Counted from the stretch's first letter, positions 28,601 to 40,503 are shown. The stretch: 64,000 nt of DNA from Candidatus Komeilibacteria bacterium RIFOXYD1_FULL_37_29 (GCA_001818495.1 MHKS01000005.1:116188-180187); one strand, 5' to 3'. Made by a program: numbers and translations. The notes: generated by a model not told the origin, from the letters alone.

Positions 28601-29542
28601 ATGAGTGATTTGGAAAAAGCCATCTTAAAAACTATCGCCTTTTTTGATATTTTTTCTTATCCTTTGACGGCTAGTGAAATATGGAAGTGGCTTTATAAAC
28701 CTCAGGGAAAATACCTATTATCAGATATTCGGGAGGCCCTCGAGACAAGTTATGTTTTAAAAGATTTGTTGGTCAGCCAAGAGGGGTTCTATTCTCTAAA
28801 AGGGCGCAGTCATATTTATATGAGACGCAAGCAAAACAATAATTTGGCGGAGAGAAAATTTCGCAAGGTTATTTATCTGTCCAAAATATATCGTTTTATT
28901 CCTTTTGTAAAAATGGTCGCCGTTTGTAATTCTTTGGGTTATAGCAACGCCGGAGAAAAAAGCGATATTGATTTATTTATTATCTCCAGGCGCGGCACTA
29001 TTTGGCTGGCTAGATTTTTTACTATTTTGATAGTCAAATTTTTGGGCATGCGACCGACTGAAGATAGTAAAAAAGATGCTTTTTGTTTGAGCTTTTTTAT
29101 TGATCAGGATTATCTAAATATTCTACATAGCCGGATGGGTACAGACGATGTCTATTACCCCTATTGGATCAGCAATTTGATTCCAGTCTATGATCCGGAC
29201 AACTTGTATGAAAAATTTTTAGAAGCCAATAGTTGGTATAAAGATTATTTACCCAATGCTTATGCGAATGAGTTTTCTAAAGAAGTTAAGACTAGCAAAT
29301 TATCCAATGTTTTTAGTCAATTATTTTTGTTTTGTTTTCACCCGCCATTTTTGAGACGCTTTATCTATAATTTTTATCGTGGGTTGCAGATTAAAATTAT
29401 TGATAAAAATCTAAAATCGTTGATAAATATTGATACTCGGGTTATAGTTAATGAGCGGATGCTCAAATTTTACTCCAATGATAATCGGGAGTTGTTTGCT
29501 AAAAGTTGGAGGGAGAGAGTTCGTAAGTTGGTAAAAAATTAA
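28601..29542 (+). CDS. hypothetical protein with minimal nucleotidyltransferase-like motif
   Basis: GYSNAGEKSDIDLFII resembles the G[SG]x9-13Dx[DE] nucleotidyltransferase signature. The start is placed after the uvrA terminator. Confidence 0.35.
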   Translation: MSDLEKAILKTIAFFDIFSYPLTASEIWKWLYKPQGKYLLSDIREALETSYVLKDLLVSQEGFYSLKGRSHIYMRRKQNNNLAERKFRKVIYLSKIYRFIPFVKMVAVCNSLGYSNAGEKSDIDLFIISRRGTIWLARFFTILIVKFLGMRPTEDSKKDAFCLSFFIDQDYLNILHSRMGTDDVYYPYWISNLIPVYDPDNLYEKFLEANSWYKDYLPNAYANEFSKEVKTSKLSNVFSQLFLFCFHPPFLRRFIYNFYRGLQIKIIDKNLKSLINIDTRVIVNERMLKFYSNDNRELFAKSWRERVRKLVKN

Positions 29543-29552
29543 TTTAAATAAT

Positions 29553-30884
29553 ATGTTTAAACAATTAACCAAAGAAGAGCGGTATAATAAAATTTTTCAA
29601 TTCTTTTTGTGTTTATTTGTTTTGTTGATTCCTTGGCAAACTCGCTGGCTTTTCTATGATTGGCCACTGGGGATAGATTTGTGGGAATACGGCCGACTAA
29701 GTCTTTACGCCAGCGCTATAGTATTGTTTTTGGCCGGAATATTTTTTGCTTTGTCTCATAAGAAAGAATTATATTTTTCTCGCTCCCAGTTTTTTTATAT
29801 TTTATTTATTTATTCGCTCTTGGTCAGTTTTCGCTCTCCCGCTCCATCGGTATCTTTTTATTATTTGTTTTTAATTTACAGCGCCGCTTTATTTGCTTAT
29901 TTAGTTAGATTTATACCTAAAACTAATATTTTTCGCTTCTTTTTATTTAGTGGGTTGGTCCAGGGCATTTTGGCCATTCATCAATTAATTAATCAAAAAG
30001 TAATTGGTAATAAGTGGCTGGGTATGGCTGAGCATTTGCCTTCGACACTGGGCACCTCAGTTGTAGAATTTGCCGACGAAAGAATGCTAAGGGCCTATGG
30101 GTCATTGCCTCATCCCAATGTTTTGGGGGGATTTTTATTTGTGGCGATATTTTTTGGACTTTATCTATGGATTGATGCTTATAAAAAAACTGAGCTTAGT
30201 TTGTGGCAGAGGCTTTTTAGAAGAAATTTAAAGAGAAGTGATTTTTGGAATTTGATTTTTATAGTGTCAGCTATGGTTATTAGCACCTATGGTATTTTAG
30301 CCAGTTTTTCTCGGGGAGCAATCCTAGCACTGTTACTCAGTCTCTTTTCTTTGATTTTAATCAACAGCTTTAATCGGGATTGGCTGGCCGTGACCGTGGT
30401 ATCAAAATATTTGTTAATATTTTTTATGGTTCTATTGGCTTTTAATACTTGGTTTCCGGGAGCTTGGTCTACCAGGGTCAATATGGGTGGCCGATTGGAG
30501 CAAAAATCAGTAACGGAAAGAGTAGACACTTTTGATCAGCTGGGTTGGAATAATTACAAAAATGTCTTTTTTGGACAAGGTTTGGGTATGAATACTTTGG
30601 CGACTTTCCAAAGAAATAGCAATCAGCCAGTTTACAATGTCCAGCCGATTCACGATATATTTATATTAATGTTTGCCGAATTAGGTCTGATTGGCGCATT
30701 TTTTATCATAAGTGTAGTCCGAAAGATTATAAAATCAGCGGATAAAATTGACATTATGTCCACCAGCTTGATTATGGGTTTGATTATTATTGGTTTTTTT
30801 GACCATTATTTGTGGACCTCTTGGACTGGTTGGGTACTGATGGCTTTGGGTCTGGTCAATATGTATACACACGAAAAAGACTAG
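29553..30884 (+). CDS. O-antigen ligase / Wzy_C family polytopic membrane protein
   Basis: It has 10 or more predicted TM helices, and a Wzy_C-like HDIFILMFAELGLIGAFFII segment (H..Y...E.G..G). Confidence 0.5.
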   Translation: MFKQLTKEERYNKIFQFFLCLFVLLIPWQTRWLFYDWPLGIDLWEYGRLSLYASAIVLFLAGIFFALSHKKELYFSRSQFFYILFIYSLLVSFRSPAPSVSFYYLFLIYSAALFAYLVRFIPKTNIFRFFLFSGLVQGILAIHQLINQKVIGNKWLGMAEHLPSTLGTSVVEFADERMLRAYGSLPHPNVLGGFLFVAIFFGLYLWIDAYKKTELSLWQRLFRRNLKRSDFWNLIFIVSAMVISTYGILASFSRGAILALLLSLFSLILINSFNRDWLAVTVVSKYLLIFFMVLLAFNTWFPGAWSTRVNMGGRLEQKSVTERVDTFDQLGWNNYKNVFFGQGLGMNTLATFQRNSNQPVYNVQPIHDIFILMFAELGLIGAFFIISVVRKIIKSADKIDIMSTSLIMGLIIIGFFDHYLWTSWTGWVLMALGLVNMYTHEKD

Positions 30885-30922
30885 GGGGATTGTTGACATA
30901 ACATCAAAAATTTTATAAGATA

Positions 30923-30949
30923 TTAGCACTCAGTACTTACGAGTGCTAA
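30923..30949. promoter_or_regulatory. CIRCE operator (HrcA binding site) upstream of groES
   Basis: Perfect match to the consensus TTAGCACTC-N9-GAGTGCTAA, and a TTGACA box about 25 nt upstream. Confidence 0.85.
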
Positions 30950-30974
30950 TATTATTATTAAAACTATAAACAAT

Positions 30975-31250
30975 ATGAATCTTAGACCATTAGGCGATAG
31001 AGTGATTGTTCAAGCACTACCCAAAGAAGAAACCACCAAAGCCGGCATTATCTTGCCAGATTCTGTTAACAAAGAAAAACGGATGGAAGGCAAGCTAGTA
31101 GCTATTGGTAGTGGCGAAAAAATTTCTAAATTTGGTCTCAGCACCGGTCAGAAAGTGGTTTTTTCTGAATACGGCGGATCGGAGATAAAAATAGATGGAC
31201 AAGAATACAAAATATTAAATCACGATGATTTACTAGCGGTGGTTGAATAA
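30975..31250 (+). CDS. groES: co-chaperonin GroES
   Basis: MNLRPLGDRVIV...GKLVAIGSG...V.FSEYGG.EIKIDGQEY.IL; 91 aa. Confidence 0.9.
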   Translation: MNLRPLGDRVIVQALPKEETTKAGIILPDSVNKEKRMEGKLVAIGSGEKISKFGLSTGQKVVFSEYGGSEIKIDGQEYKILNHDDLLAVVE

Positions 31251-31271
31251 ATTTAAAAGAAAGGAAAATAG

Positions 31272-32921
<1,650 letters not shown>

Positions 32922-33025
32922 AAAACCGATTAGATTAAATATAATGAGAATATTTTAAAAACCTCCAGGTGGGGGTTTTTAAAATAGGCGGAATTTTGGT
33001 ATAATAACCATATAAATATAAGTTT

Positions 33026-33553
33026 ATGATTTTTAAAAAATCTAAGCATAAAATAGATTTAGACACTGGCACAGAATTTGAAGAGTCTACGGAAATTTGG
33101 GTGGCTGATTTTGGCTCTCATGAGATCGAAAAAGAATTGCGTCAGGAGGTCGCCAAACTAAAACCCAAAGAACCAGCCAGTTTTTCCTGGACGATTGTTT
33201 CGGTTGTTTTGGTGGTTTTTATTGTTATGACCGAATTACTTTTACGCCAAGCTGGTCTAAAGATGTATTGGTCTGAACAATTTATCTTTTGGGTTACTTG
33301 GCTCTGGCGTTTGATACTGATAGTCATCTGGTTGGCCCTTGCTCGGCTCAGATGGTTATTTTCTGCTGATAAGATGTTTATTACTAGTATAGTATCTTTC
33401 GTCTCAGCGGTGATTATTTTGGGTCTGATAAAAATCATTTATGTCCAGTCAGCTTGGGCATGGCTCAATTTTTTGGTCGAACCATTTTGGGTGGTATTAC
33501 TGATTACTTTTTTAGGAATATTGTTTATCAGATTTAGTAAAACTAAGAGTTAG
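33026..33553 (+). CDS. hypothetical membrane protein
   Basis: 175 aa with 3-4 hydrophobic helices; no recognisable domain. Confidence 0.4.
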   Translation: MIFKKSKHKIDLDTGTEFEESTEIWVADFGSHEIEKELRQEVAKLKPKEPASFSWTIVSVVLVVFIVMTELLLRQAGLKMYWSEQFIFWVTWLWRLILIVIWLALARLRWLFSADKMFITSIVSFVSAVIILGLIKIIYVQSAWAWLNFLVEPFWVVLLITFLGILFIRFSKTKS

Positions 33554-33608
33554 TAAATATAATTAATAAAAATAAATAAACCGCCCGAGGCGGATAAATA
33601 ACAAACAT

Positions 33609-33917
33609 ATGGAAGTAGATAAAAAAGATATAGAAGAAAATAGTGTGGTAGCGGCTTTGGGGTATATTTATATCCTTTGCCTTTTGCCTTTGCTATTTAA
33701 ACGGAAATCAAAATTTGCGCAGTGGCATGCCAAACAGGGCTTGCTTTTGTTTGGCGTAGAAATACTATTAGGTTGGTTTTTTGCTGTACCAATAGTGGGT
33801 TGGGCTTTGGGTATTTTGGTAATGCTCTTGGCACTTCTGGGCGTGGTCAATGCTTTAAATGGTAATTTTTGGGAAATGCCTTTCTTGGGTCGTTACGCCA
33901 AGAAGTTGAAGTTTTAA
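33609..33917 (+). CDS. small membrane protein (DUF4870-like)
   Basis: 102 aa with two TM helices; the ...AALGYIYILCLLPLLF...AKQGLLLF... pattern recalls DUF4870 proteins. Confidence 0.4.
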   Translation: MEVDKKDIEENSVVAALGYIYILCLLPLLFKRKSKFAQWHAKQGLLLFGVEILLGWFFAVPIVGWALGILVMLLALLGVVNALNGNFWEMPFLGRYAKKLKF

Positions 33918-33941
33918 TTTGTAGTTTAATATTCATATTTT

Positions 33942-36341
33942 ATGGCCAAAAAAGAAAAACTTATTTTGTGGTTTAGTGAAATTACTAATAAAGATGTACC
34001 CAAAGTCGGGGGGAAAAACGCTTCTCTGGGAGAAATGTATAGTAAGCTGACTTCCCATGGTGTCTCTATACCCAATGGCTTTGCTGTGACGGCTCAGGCC
34101 TATGATTATTTTGTGACTACCCAAGGCGTCAAAAAGCAAATCAGAGATATTTTGAAAGATTTAAATACCCATGATATCCATAATTTGCAAATCAGAGCCA
34201 AAGCAGTGCGCGAAGCCATAGTCAAAGCAGAGTTTCCAGCTGATCTTAAAAATGAAATAATTACTGCTTATCGCAAATTGTCCAAAGAGTTTAAAATGAA
34301 AAATGTAGATGTGGCCGTGCGTTCTTCGGCTACAGCGGAGGATTTGCCCGACGCTTCTTTTGCTGGTCAGCAGGACACCTATCTTAATATCGAAGGAGAA
34401 AATGAATTATTGGATGCTTGCCGTCGTTGCATGGCATCTTTATTTACTGACCGCGCTATTTCTTATCGAGCTGATAAGGGTTTTGATCATTTTAAGGTCA
34501 AGCTATCTATTACTGTACAAAAGATGGTCAGAAGTGATTTGGCTACTTCCGGTGTTATGTTTTCTATTGATACCGAATCTGGTTTTAGAGAAGCAGTATT
34601 AATTAATGCTATTTATGGTCTGGGTGAATATATTGTTCAAGGCATGGTTAATCCGGATGAATATTATGTCTTTAAACCCACTTTGAAAAAAGGTTTTAAG
34701 CCGATTATTAGTAAAAGCGTTGGTTTAAAGAGTAGAAAGTTGGTTTATGATAGCCAGGCTAAAAGTAATGTCAAAGATTTACCAGTTGCCAAAAAAGATC
34801 AGGTTAGATTTGCTTTGTCTGATAAGGAAATTTTGCAATTGGCTAGCTGGGCGGCTCAAATTGAGGATCATTATAAAAAGCCGATGGATATGGAATGGGC
34901 CAAAGACGGTCGCACCAATAAGCTGTTTATAGTCCAGGCTCGTCCCGAAACAGTCCGCTCTCAGGACGACCCTAATACTTTGATTGAATATCAAATCAAG
35001 GAAAGCGGTAAGGTCTTAGTCGAAGGCGCTTCAGTGGGTAATAAGATTGGTCAGGGGCAGGTACATATTATCAAAGACGCTAAAAATATTGATCAATTTA
35101 AAGCCGGTGAGGTACTAGTCACTGAGATGACTGATCCTGATTGGGAGCCGATTATGAAAATTGCCGGTGCCATTGTCACCAACTCTGGTGGTCGCACTTG
35201 TCATGCGGCTATTATTTCTAGGGAATTAGGTATTCCTTGTGTAGTTGGTACAAAAAACGGTACGGAAAAATTGAAAAACGGTCAAAAAGTAACGGTTTCT
35301 TGCGCCGAGGGGGAAAAGGGTTTTATTTATAACGGTTTGGTCAAGTACTCTGTCAAAAAAACCAACCTCAAAAATTTTAAAAAACCCAAGATCAAGATCA
35401 TGATGAATATTGGCAATCCGGAAATGGCCATGAGTCAGTCTTTTATTCCCAACGAAGGAGTGGGTTTGGCTCGGGAGGAATTTATTATTTCCAATTACAT
35501 CAAGATTCATCCGTTAGCTCTTTTGAATTTTAATAAAATTAAAGATCAAAAGACCAGACGGATTATCGAAGAACATACGGCTGCTTACAAAAATAAGCCA
35601 CAATTTTTTATTGATAAATTGGCGGAAGGCATAGCGCGGATTGCTGCTGGTTTTTATCCCAAAGATGTGATTATTCGTTTGTCTGATTTTAAATCCAATG
35701 AATATGCCAGCATGATTGGGGGAGCACAATTTGAACCAGTGGAGAGAAACCCAATGATCGGTTGGCGTGGTGCTAGTCGCTATTATAGCCCTCAATATTT
35801 ACCGGCTTTTATTTTAGAATGTAAGGCTTTGACCAAAGTGCGTAAAGAAATGGGTCTAAAGAATCTCAAGATTATGGTACCATTTTGTCGCACCGTGGAA
35901 GAAGGTCAGAAAGTATTAAAGATCATGGCGGAAAACGGTTTAAAGCGTGGTGTGGATGGTCTGGAGGTCTATGTAATGTGTGAGATACCATCTAATGTGC
36001 TTTTAGCTGAACAGTTTTGTAAAATCTTTGATGGATTTTCTATCGGTTCCAACGATTTGGCCCAGCTGACTTTGGGAGTAGATCGTGACAGTGAATTGGT
36101 CTCTCATATTTATGATGAGAGAAATGACTCGGTTAAACAATTAATTGCTCAGGTTATCAGAATAGCCAAAAAGAACAAGCGCAAGATCGGCATTTGCGGT
36201 CAAGCGCCATCGGACTTTCCCGACTTTGCCCAATTTTTGGTCAAAGAAGGAATTGATAGCATTTCCTTAAATCCCGATACAGTCATTAAAACTATGATGG
36301 CTATCAAACAGACCGAAGCCAAGCTCCGCCGTAAAAAATAA
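33942..36341 (+). CDS. ppsA: phosphoenolpyruvate synthase (pyruvate, water dikinase) PpsA
   Basis: An ATP-grasp N-domain, the phosphohistidine domain GGRTCHAAIISRELGIPCVVG, and a C-terminal PEP-utilising TIM barrel (GSNDLAQLTLGVDRD). Confidence 0.9.
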   Translation: MAKKEKLILWFSEITNKDVPKVGGKNASLGEMYSKLTSHGVSIPNGFAVTAQAYDYFVTTQGVKKQIRDILKDLNTHDIHNLQIRAKAVREAIVKAEFPADLKNEIITAYRKLSKEFKMKNVDVAVRSSATAEDLPDASFAGQQDTYLNIEGENELLDACRRCMASLFTDRAISYRADKGFDHFKVKLSITVQKMVRSDLATSGVMFSIDTESGFREAVLINAIYGLGEYIVQGMVNPDEYYVFKPTLKKGFKPIISKSVGLKSRKLVYDSQAKSNVKDLPVAKKDQVRFALSDKEILQLASWAAQIEDHYKKPMDMEWAKDGRTNKLFIVQARPETVRSQDDPNTLIEYQIKESGKVLVEGASVGNKIGQGQVHIIKDAKNIDQFKAGEVLVTEMTDPDWEPIMKIAGAIVTNSGGRTCHAAIISRELGIPCVVGTKNGTEKLKNGQKVTVSCAEGEKGFIYNGLVKYSVKKTNLKNFKKPKIKIMMNIGNPEMAMSQSFIPNEGVGLAREEFIISNYIKIHPLALLNFNKIKDQKTRRIIEEHTAAYKNKPQFFIDKLAEGIARIAAGFYPKDVIIRLSDFKSNEYASMIGGAQFEPVERNPMIGWRGASRYYSPQYLPAFILECKALTKVRKEMGLKNLKIMVPFCRTVEEGQKVLKIMAENGLKRGVDGLEVYVMCEIPSNVLLAEQFCKIFDGFSIGSNDLAQLTLGVDRDSELVSHIYDERNDSVKQLIAQVIRIAKKNKRKIGICGQAPSDFPDFAQFLVKEGIDSISLNPDTVIKTMMAIKQTEAKLRRKK

Positions 36342-36351
36342 GATTATAAAA

Positions 36352-36382
36352 AACACCCCGCCTTGGTGGGGTGTTTTGTTTT
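36352..36382. terminator. bidirectional rho-independent terminator
   Basis: aaaaaa-caccccgcc-ttgg-tggggtg-ttttgtttt; it lies between convergent ppsA and the transporter gene. Confidence 0.55.
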
Positions 36383-37334
36383 ATAAAATAGTAGCCCAAA
36401 TGGGAATAGTGATAATCGATAAAATAGTACTGAGCACTATAGCTTTGCTAATAAATTTTTTATCGAGGTCAAATTTATCAGCCAGAGCAAAAGGGGTAAT
36501 GGCTAGTGGCATAGCAAACTCTATCAGCGATGGCATATATTTGTCTAGGTCAGAAGAAAATATTTTTACGCCGTAATAAAATGCCCCGGGGATTATCAAT
36601 AAAGTGATGCCGGTAAAAATAATAGCCGGCCACCAGTCTTTGATTTGGCCAAGCTTGGATTGGCCGATAAATAGTCCAATGACCACCAGGACCACTGGTG
36701 TGACCGAAGCAGCTAACATATCAATAGCCGAGCTCAGGAAAAAAGGCAATTTGATTCCCGAGAAAGCTATCAGTAATCCTAGAAAAATGGAAACTAAGAG
36801 AGGATTTTTTAATAGGTCAATACCGATATGGGTGATAATTTCAGAGGGAGCTTTTTTATGAAACAATTTGCCGATCCAGCTCTGGCGTTGTTTTAATTGG
36901 TAATCCAAAAAACCCAAGCCCACGGTAAAGATCCAAAATAAATGGATGCCGATAATCAGACTAACCTCAGGCATTATTTTTTGTCCGTAAATTTGCATTA
37001 GTATTGGCGGACCAAGATAAGCAATGTTACCAAAGGCCAGACAAATAAAAAGCGTCTTGATGGTTTTTGTTTTGATTTTGGTGGTTTTACCCAAAATATA
37101 TATAATCAAAAAACAAAGTAGTAAAAATAGCGAGTTGGCTAAAATAATATCTCCTTTGCCAGTTAAAGACACCTTGGCTAAAGAACTAAAAATCAAAGCC
37201 GGTAAGCCGATATTTAAAGCAAAAGAATTTAATATTTGGGACCATTGGTTATCCAAATTTTTAAATTTGCCGATAATAGCGCTCGCAAAAATTATTAAAA
37301 ATAGGGGAAGAATGACTAAAAATATTTCTAACAT
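36381..37334 (-). CDS. AEC-family (auxin efflux carrier-like) membrane transporter
   Basis: 317 aa with about 10 TM helices; the N-terminus MLEIFLVILPLFLIIFASAIIGKF and overall topology fit Mem_trans/AEC permeases. Confidence 0.55.
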   Translation of the reverse strand: MLEIFLVILPLFLIIFASAIIGKFKNLDNQWSQILNSFALNIGLPALIFSSLAKVSLTGKGDIILANSLFLLLCFLIIYILGKTTKIKTKTIKTLFICLAFGNIAYLGPPILMQIYGQKIMPEVSLIIGIHLFWIFTVGLGFLDYQLKQRQSWIGKLFHKKAPSEIITHIGIDLLKNPLLVSIFLGLLIAFSGIKLPFFLSSAIDMLAASVTPVVLVVIGLFIGQSKLGQIKDWWPAIIFTGITLLIIPGAFYYGVKIFSSDLDKYMPSLIEFAMPLAITPFALADKFDLDKKFISKAIVLSTILSIITIPIWATIL

Positions 37335-37478
37335 AATTATATAATTAATTGACTAATAAGTATTTTATCATAGAATAAAGATATTGACTAAAACATCAAT
37401 AAAATTTATACTAGAAGTCGAATTTGTGTAGTTTGTGAGCCGTAAGCCAGAATAGGCAGTTATAAAATAGTTAAATAA

Positions 37479-37568
37479 GGAGAGTTCGCATAGTGGTCGA
37501 GTGCGCTCGCTTGGAAAGCGGGTAAAGTGTAAAAGCTTTCAAGGGTTCGAATCCCTTACTCTCCGCCA
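37479..37568 (+). tRNA. tRNA-Ser (anticodon GGA), CCA encoded
   Basis: GGAGAGT acceptor stem pairs with ACTCTCC-G-CCA. D-arm TAGTGGTcGAGT. Anticodon stem-loop CTCGC-TTGGAAA-GCGGG gives anticodon GGA. There is a long variable arm (typical of Ser) and a T-arm GGTTCGAATCC. Confidence 0.85.
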
Positions 37569-37594
37569 AGAAAATAAAGTATCGTGTAACCCAT

Positions 37595-37801
37595 ATGCCC
37601 GACGCAAATGACAGAGATATATTTAAAAAAGCAGATGAGCTTGGCGTTGTCCCCCAAGATGAAAGCTTTGTGGAATTTGAAAAAAGAGTGTTAACTGCTT
37701 TAAAGAACAAAAGGGCTGGCAAGCTTCTTATTATTGCGGTAATTTCGGCCATAGCATCCGTAGTAAGTGCCATAGCCGCCTGGTTTGCAGTTTTAAAGTA
37801 G
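37595..37801 (+). CDS. possible small tail-anchored membrane protein (68 aa)
   Basis: ORF immediately 3' of tRNA-Ser with a charged N-terminus and a single C-terminal TM helix (LLIIAVISAIASVVSAIAAWFAVLK); no obvious RBS. Confidence 0.25.
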   Translation: MPDANDRDIFKKADELGVVPQDESFVEFEKRVLTALKNKRAGKLLIIAVISAIASVVSAIAAWFAVLK

Positions 37802-37958
37802 CCGACCCACTTGCCTCAAAAACGCAAGCACTAAAGTCGTTCAAAAGCCCTTATAATAATTGACGAGTATTGGTACTTAACCCGAGTGTCCCGCCATAAT
37901 TAAAAATCTGAATGTTAGGCTGAAATGGAAGATTTGATAAATGAGTTTATAAAATGAT

Positions 37959-38810
37959 ATGTTTGAATTTTTAAGCTACATATTTTATTTCATAGCTGCC
38001 AGTGCGTCTCCACTACAAAGGCGCTGGTTAGCTACAACGAAAAATTTTGATAATAAAGGGCAAATACATTTTGCCTTTCAAATAACATTTGTTACTGTAG
38101 TTTTAAGTTTGATTTTACCAATTTTTTAACCTTTCTATTTGGCAGGGGATCTTTCTTATCTAATTGGTTTATCCTTTGTCTGCGGAATATTCGGAGCAGG
38201 TTATTTTATAAGTTCTTATACTGCTCAAAAGCACGTTGAAGCTGGTATTACTACACTTGTTAGCAACATTTATACACCCGTAACTATAGTTTTGGCAACA
38301 TTTTTTCTCAGCGAAAAATTAACCACCATACAAGTATTCGGAACGGCGTTGCTACTTGTCGGTATGTTTATTGTTTCACAAAAACATCGAATCGGGCCAT
38401 TAAAATTTGATAAATATTTTATGCTAATGGTATTGAGTGGTGTTATGCTTGGAATATCTTTGACTGCAGAACGAGCACTACAAAAAATAACAGGATTTAC
38501 AGCAGGGACTATGTTTAGTTGGTGGATGCAATGTGCTTTTTTGGGTTTAATAACACTTATAACAAAAAATAAAAGCGAATATTCAAAAAAGGATATTACA
38601 ATCACTGGAGGATTAAGATTTTTACAATCATTGTCATGGGTTATTTTAATATTTGTGGTTGGAAATTTAAGTTTGGTATCGGCAGTAACCACATTTAAGG
38701 TGGTGATTATTTTTATTGCTGCTGCAATTTTTTTGAAAGAGCGCGAAGATTTTCTAAAAAAAATTATTGGCAGCCTCGTTGCATTAGCAGGGTTACTTTT
38801 AATGAAATGA
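37959..38810 (+). pseudogene. EamA/DMT-family transporter gene interrupted by an in-frame TAA (38126-38128)
   Basis: ATG 37959 and the 223-aa ORF beginning at TTG 38139 are in the same frame. Joined, they give a 284-aa 10-TM EamA-like protein (…HFAFQITFVTVVLSLILPIF*PFYLAGDLSYLIGLSFVCGIFGAG…). Other genes here end in TAA, TAG or TGA, so no recoding is evident. Confidence 0.45.
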
Positions 38811-38858
38811 TTAGGGGGGGGTATGGAGATTTTTCTCTACTTCAGCTAAAATATTTAT

Positions 38859-39548
38859 ATGAATCTAAAAGATAAAATTATTGTAATAACTGGTAGTAGC
38901 CAAGGATTTGGCCAGGCCTTAGCGAAATTGTTTATCAGCGAAGGAGCGAAGGTTATTATCAGTAGTCATGATAAAAATAATTTAAAATCTGCGGCTAAAG
39001 ATTTATTAGCAGATTATTTTTTAACAGACGTGACTTCTCCCAAAGACATGAAAAAATTAGGGGAATATGTTTTTAAAAAATACGGAGTCATTGATTTTTG
39101 GGTCAATAATGCTGGTATGCAAATCGTTCCCAGTCTGGTAGAAAATATTGATATTAAAAAATTACGGTATTTGTTTGAGGTTAATTTTTTCGGTTATTTT
39201 TATGGTTGTCAAACAGCTTTAGCTTATATGAAAAAACAGGGCAAGGGTGTTATTATTAATATTAACTCCACTGCCGGGCTAGAAGGAAAATCAGAAATAG
39301 CCGCTTATTCTTCGTCAAAATTTGCTATCAAAGGACTAACCGAATCGATTCGTAGGGAAATACAAAATTCTAATATTCAAATTTTGGGAGTATTTCCTGG
39401 TGGAATGAAAACAGATATTTATAAAGAAAAATATCCATCGGATTTAGATCAATATATGGAGGTAGAGTCAGTGGCTAAAAAAGTTATTGATAATTTAAAA
39501 TCAAATAATCCGGAAATAGATTTAATTATTAAAAGACCAATCAAATAG
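38859..39548 (+). CDS. short-chain dehydrogenase/reductase (SDR) family oxidoreductase
   Basis: The glycine-rich cofactor-binding loop reads TGSSQGFG, and the catalytic triad signature reads YSSSK. Confidence 0.8.
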   Translation: MNLKDKIIVITGSSQGFGQALAKLFISEGAKVIISSHDKNNLKSAAKDLLADYFLTDVTSPKDMKKLGEYVFKKYGVIDFWVNNAGMQIVPSLVENIDIKKLRYLFEVNFFGYFYGCQTALAYMKKQGKGVIININSTAGLEGKSEIAAYSSSKFAIKGLTESIRREIQNSNIQILGVFPGGMKTDIYKEKYPSDLDQYMEVESVAKKVIDNLKSNNPEIDLIIKRPIK

Positions 39549-39573
39549 CTAGTGCTTCTGGTTTTTAAAAATA

Positions 39574-40503
39574 ATGATTACAAATTTTTTCATCTTTGCC
39601 ATTTCTTTGTGGGTAGTTATCAAAGGCGCTACACTAGCTACTAAATATTCCGTTAAACTGGCGGAAAATTTTCATTTATCCAAATACATTGTGGGTTTTA
39701 TTGTGGTGGCTTTTATTTCTATTTTACCAGAAACACTGATTGCTATAAATTCAGCGATGGATGGAATCCCGGAGTTTGGTTTAGGTACTTTGTTTGGTTC
39801 CAATGTGGCTGATCTGACTTTGATTTTTGCCATTTTAATTATCTATGCTGGGCGGGGAATAAAAATAGAAAGTAAAGTTTTAAAAAATGTCCGTCTCTAT
39901 CCATTTTTTTTCCTGTTGCCGCTGATCTTTGGTTTAAACGGTCATTATTCTCGCATTGAAGGAGCTGGTTTGATTTTGGCCGGCAGTCTTTTTTATTATT
40001 TAGTCTTTAGAAGCGGTGTAGAAAAAGTCAAAGCCCTACCTAACGGAGAAGGTAAATATAAGAACCTGACATTTTTGTTATTTGCTATGGTGCTTTTATT
40101 GGCCGGTGCGCATTTTACAGTGAGTTCAGCCACGGCTTTGGCCGAGTCTTTGAAAATATCGCCGATTCTTATTGGACTCTTGGTGGTTGGTTTGGGCACC
40201 ACCATGCCGGAATTATTTTATTCTTTGAAATCAATGAAAAGAAAAGACGATGGATTGGCCATTGGTGATATTCTGGGTTCAGTCTTGGCTGATGCTACCA
40301 TCGTGGTTGGTATTTTGGCGTTTATTAGTCCTTTTTCTTTCCCAGTCAAGATTGTTTATATCACCGGAGTATTTATGATGGTGGCTGCTTTGGTGCTCTT
40401 GTATTTTATGCGTTCTGGCCGGGTGATTTCTAGAAAAGAAGGTTATTTATTGCTCATGTTTTGGTTGGCTTATGTGGTGGCAGAATTTATGATGAGCCGG
40501 TAA
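39574..40503 (+). CDS. CaCA-family Na+/Ca2+ (cation) antiporter
   Basis: Two alpha-repeat regions (GTLFGSNVADLTLI...; GTTMPELFYSL...GDILGSVLADATIV) typical of YrbG/Na_Ca_ex proteins. Confidence 0.75.
   Translation: MITNFFIFAISLWVVIKGATLATKYSVKLAENFHLSKYIVGFIVVAFISILPETLIAINSAMDGIPEFGLGTLFGSNVADLTLIFAILIIYAGRGIKIESKVLKNVRLYPFFFLLPLIFGLNGHYSRIEGAGLILAGSLFYYLVFRSGVEKVKALPNGEGKYKNLTFLLFAMVLLLAGAHFTVSSATALAESLKISPILIGLLVVGLGTTMPELFYSLKSMKRKDDGLAIGDILGSVLADATIVVGILAFISPFSFPVKIVYITGVFMMVAALVLLYFMRSGRVISRKEGYLLLMFWLAYVVAEFMMSR

Noticed and set aside
36376-37344. Several 60-106-aa plus-strand ORFs inside the minus-strand AEC transporter gene
   Set aside because: They are antisense to a long, coherent membrane-protein ORF and have no translational signals.
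37959-38810. Stop-codon reassignment as explanation for the in-frame TAA in the EamA gene
   Set aside because: TAA, TAG and TGA all terminate other well-supported genes in this window (for example ruvB and queH), so the standard code appears to be in use. A nonsense mutation or assembly error is more parsimonious.
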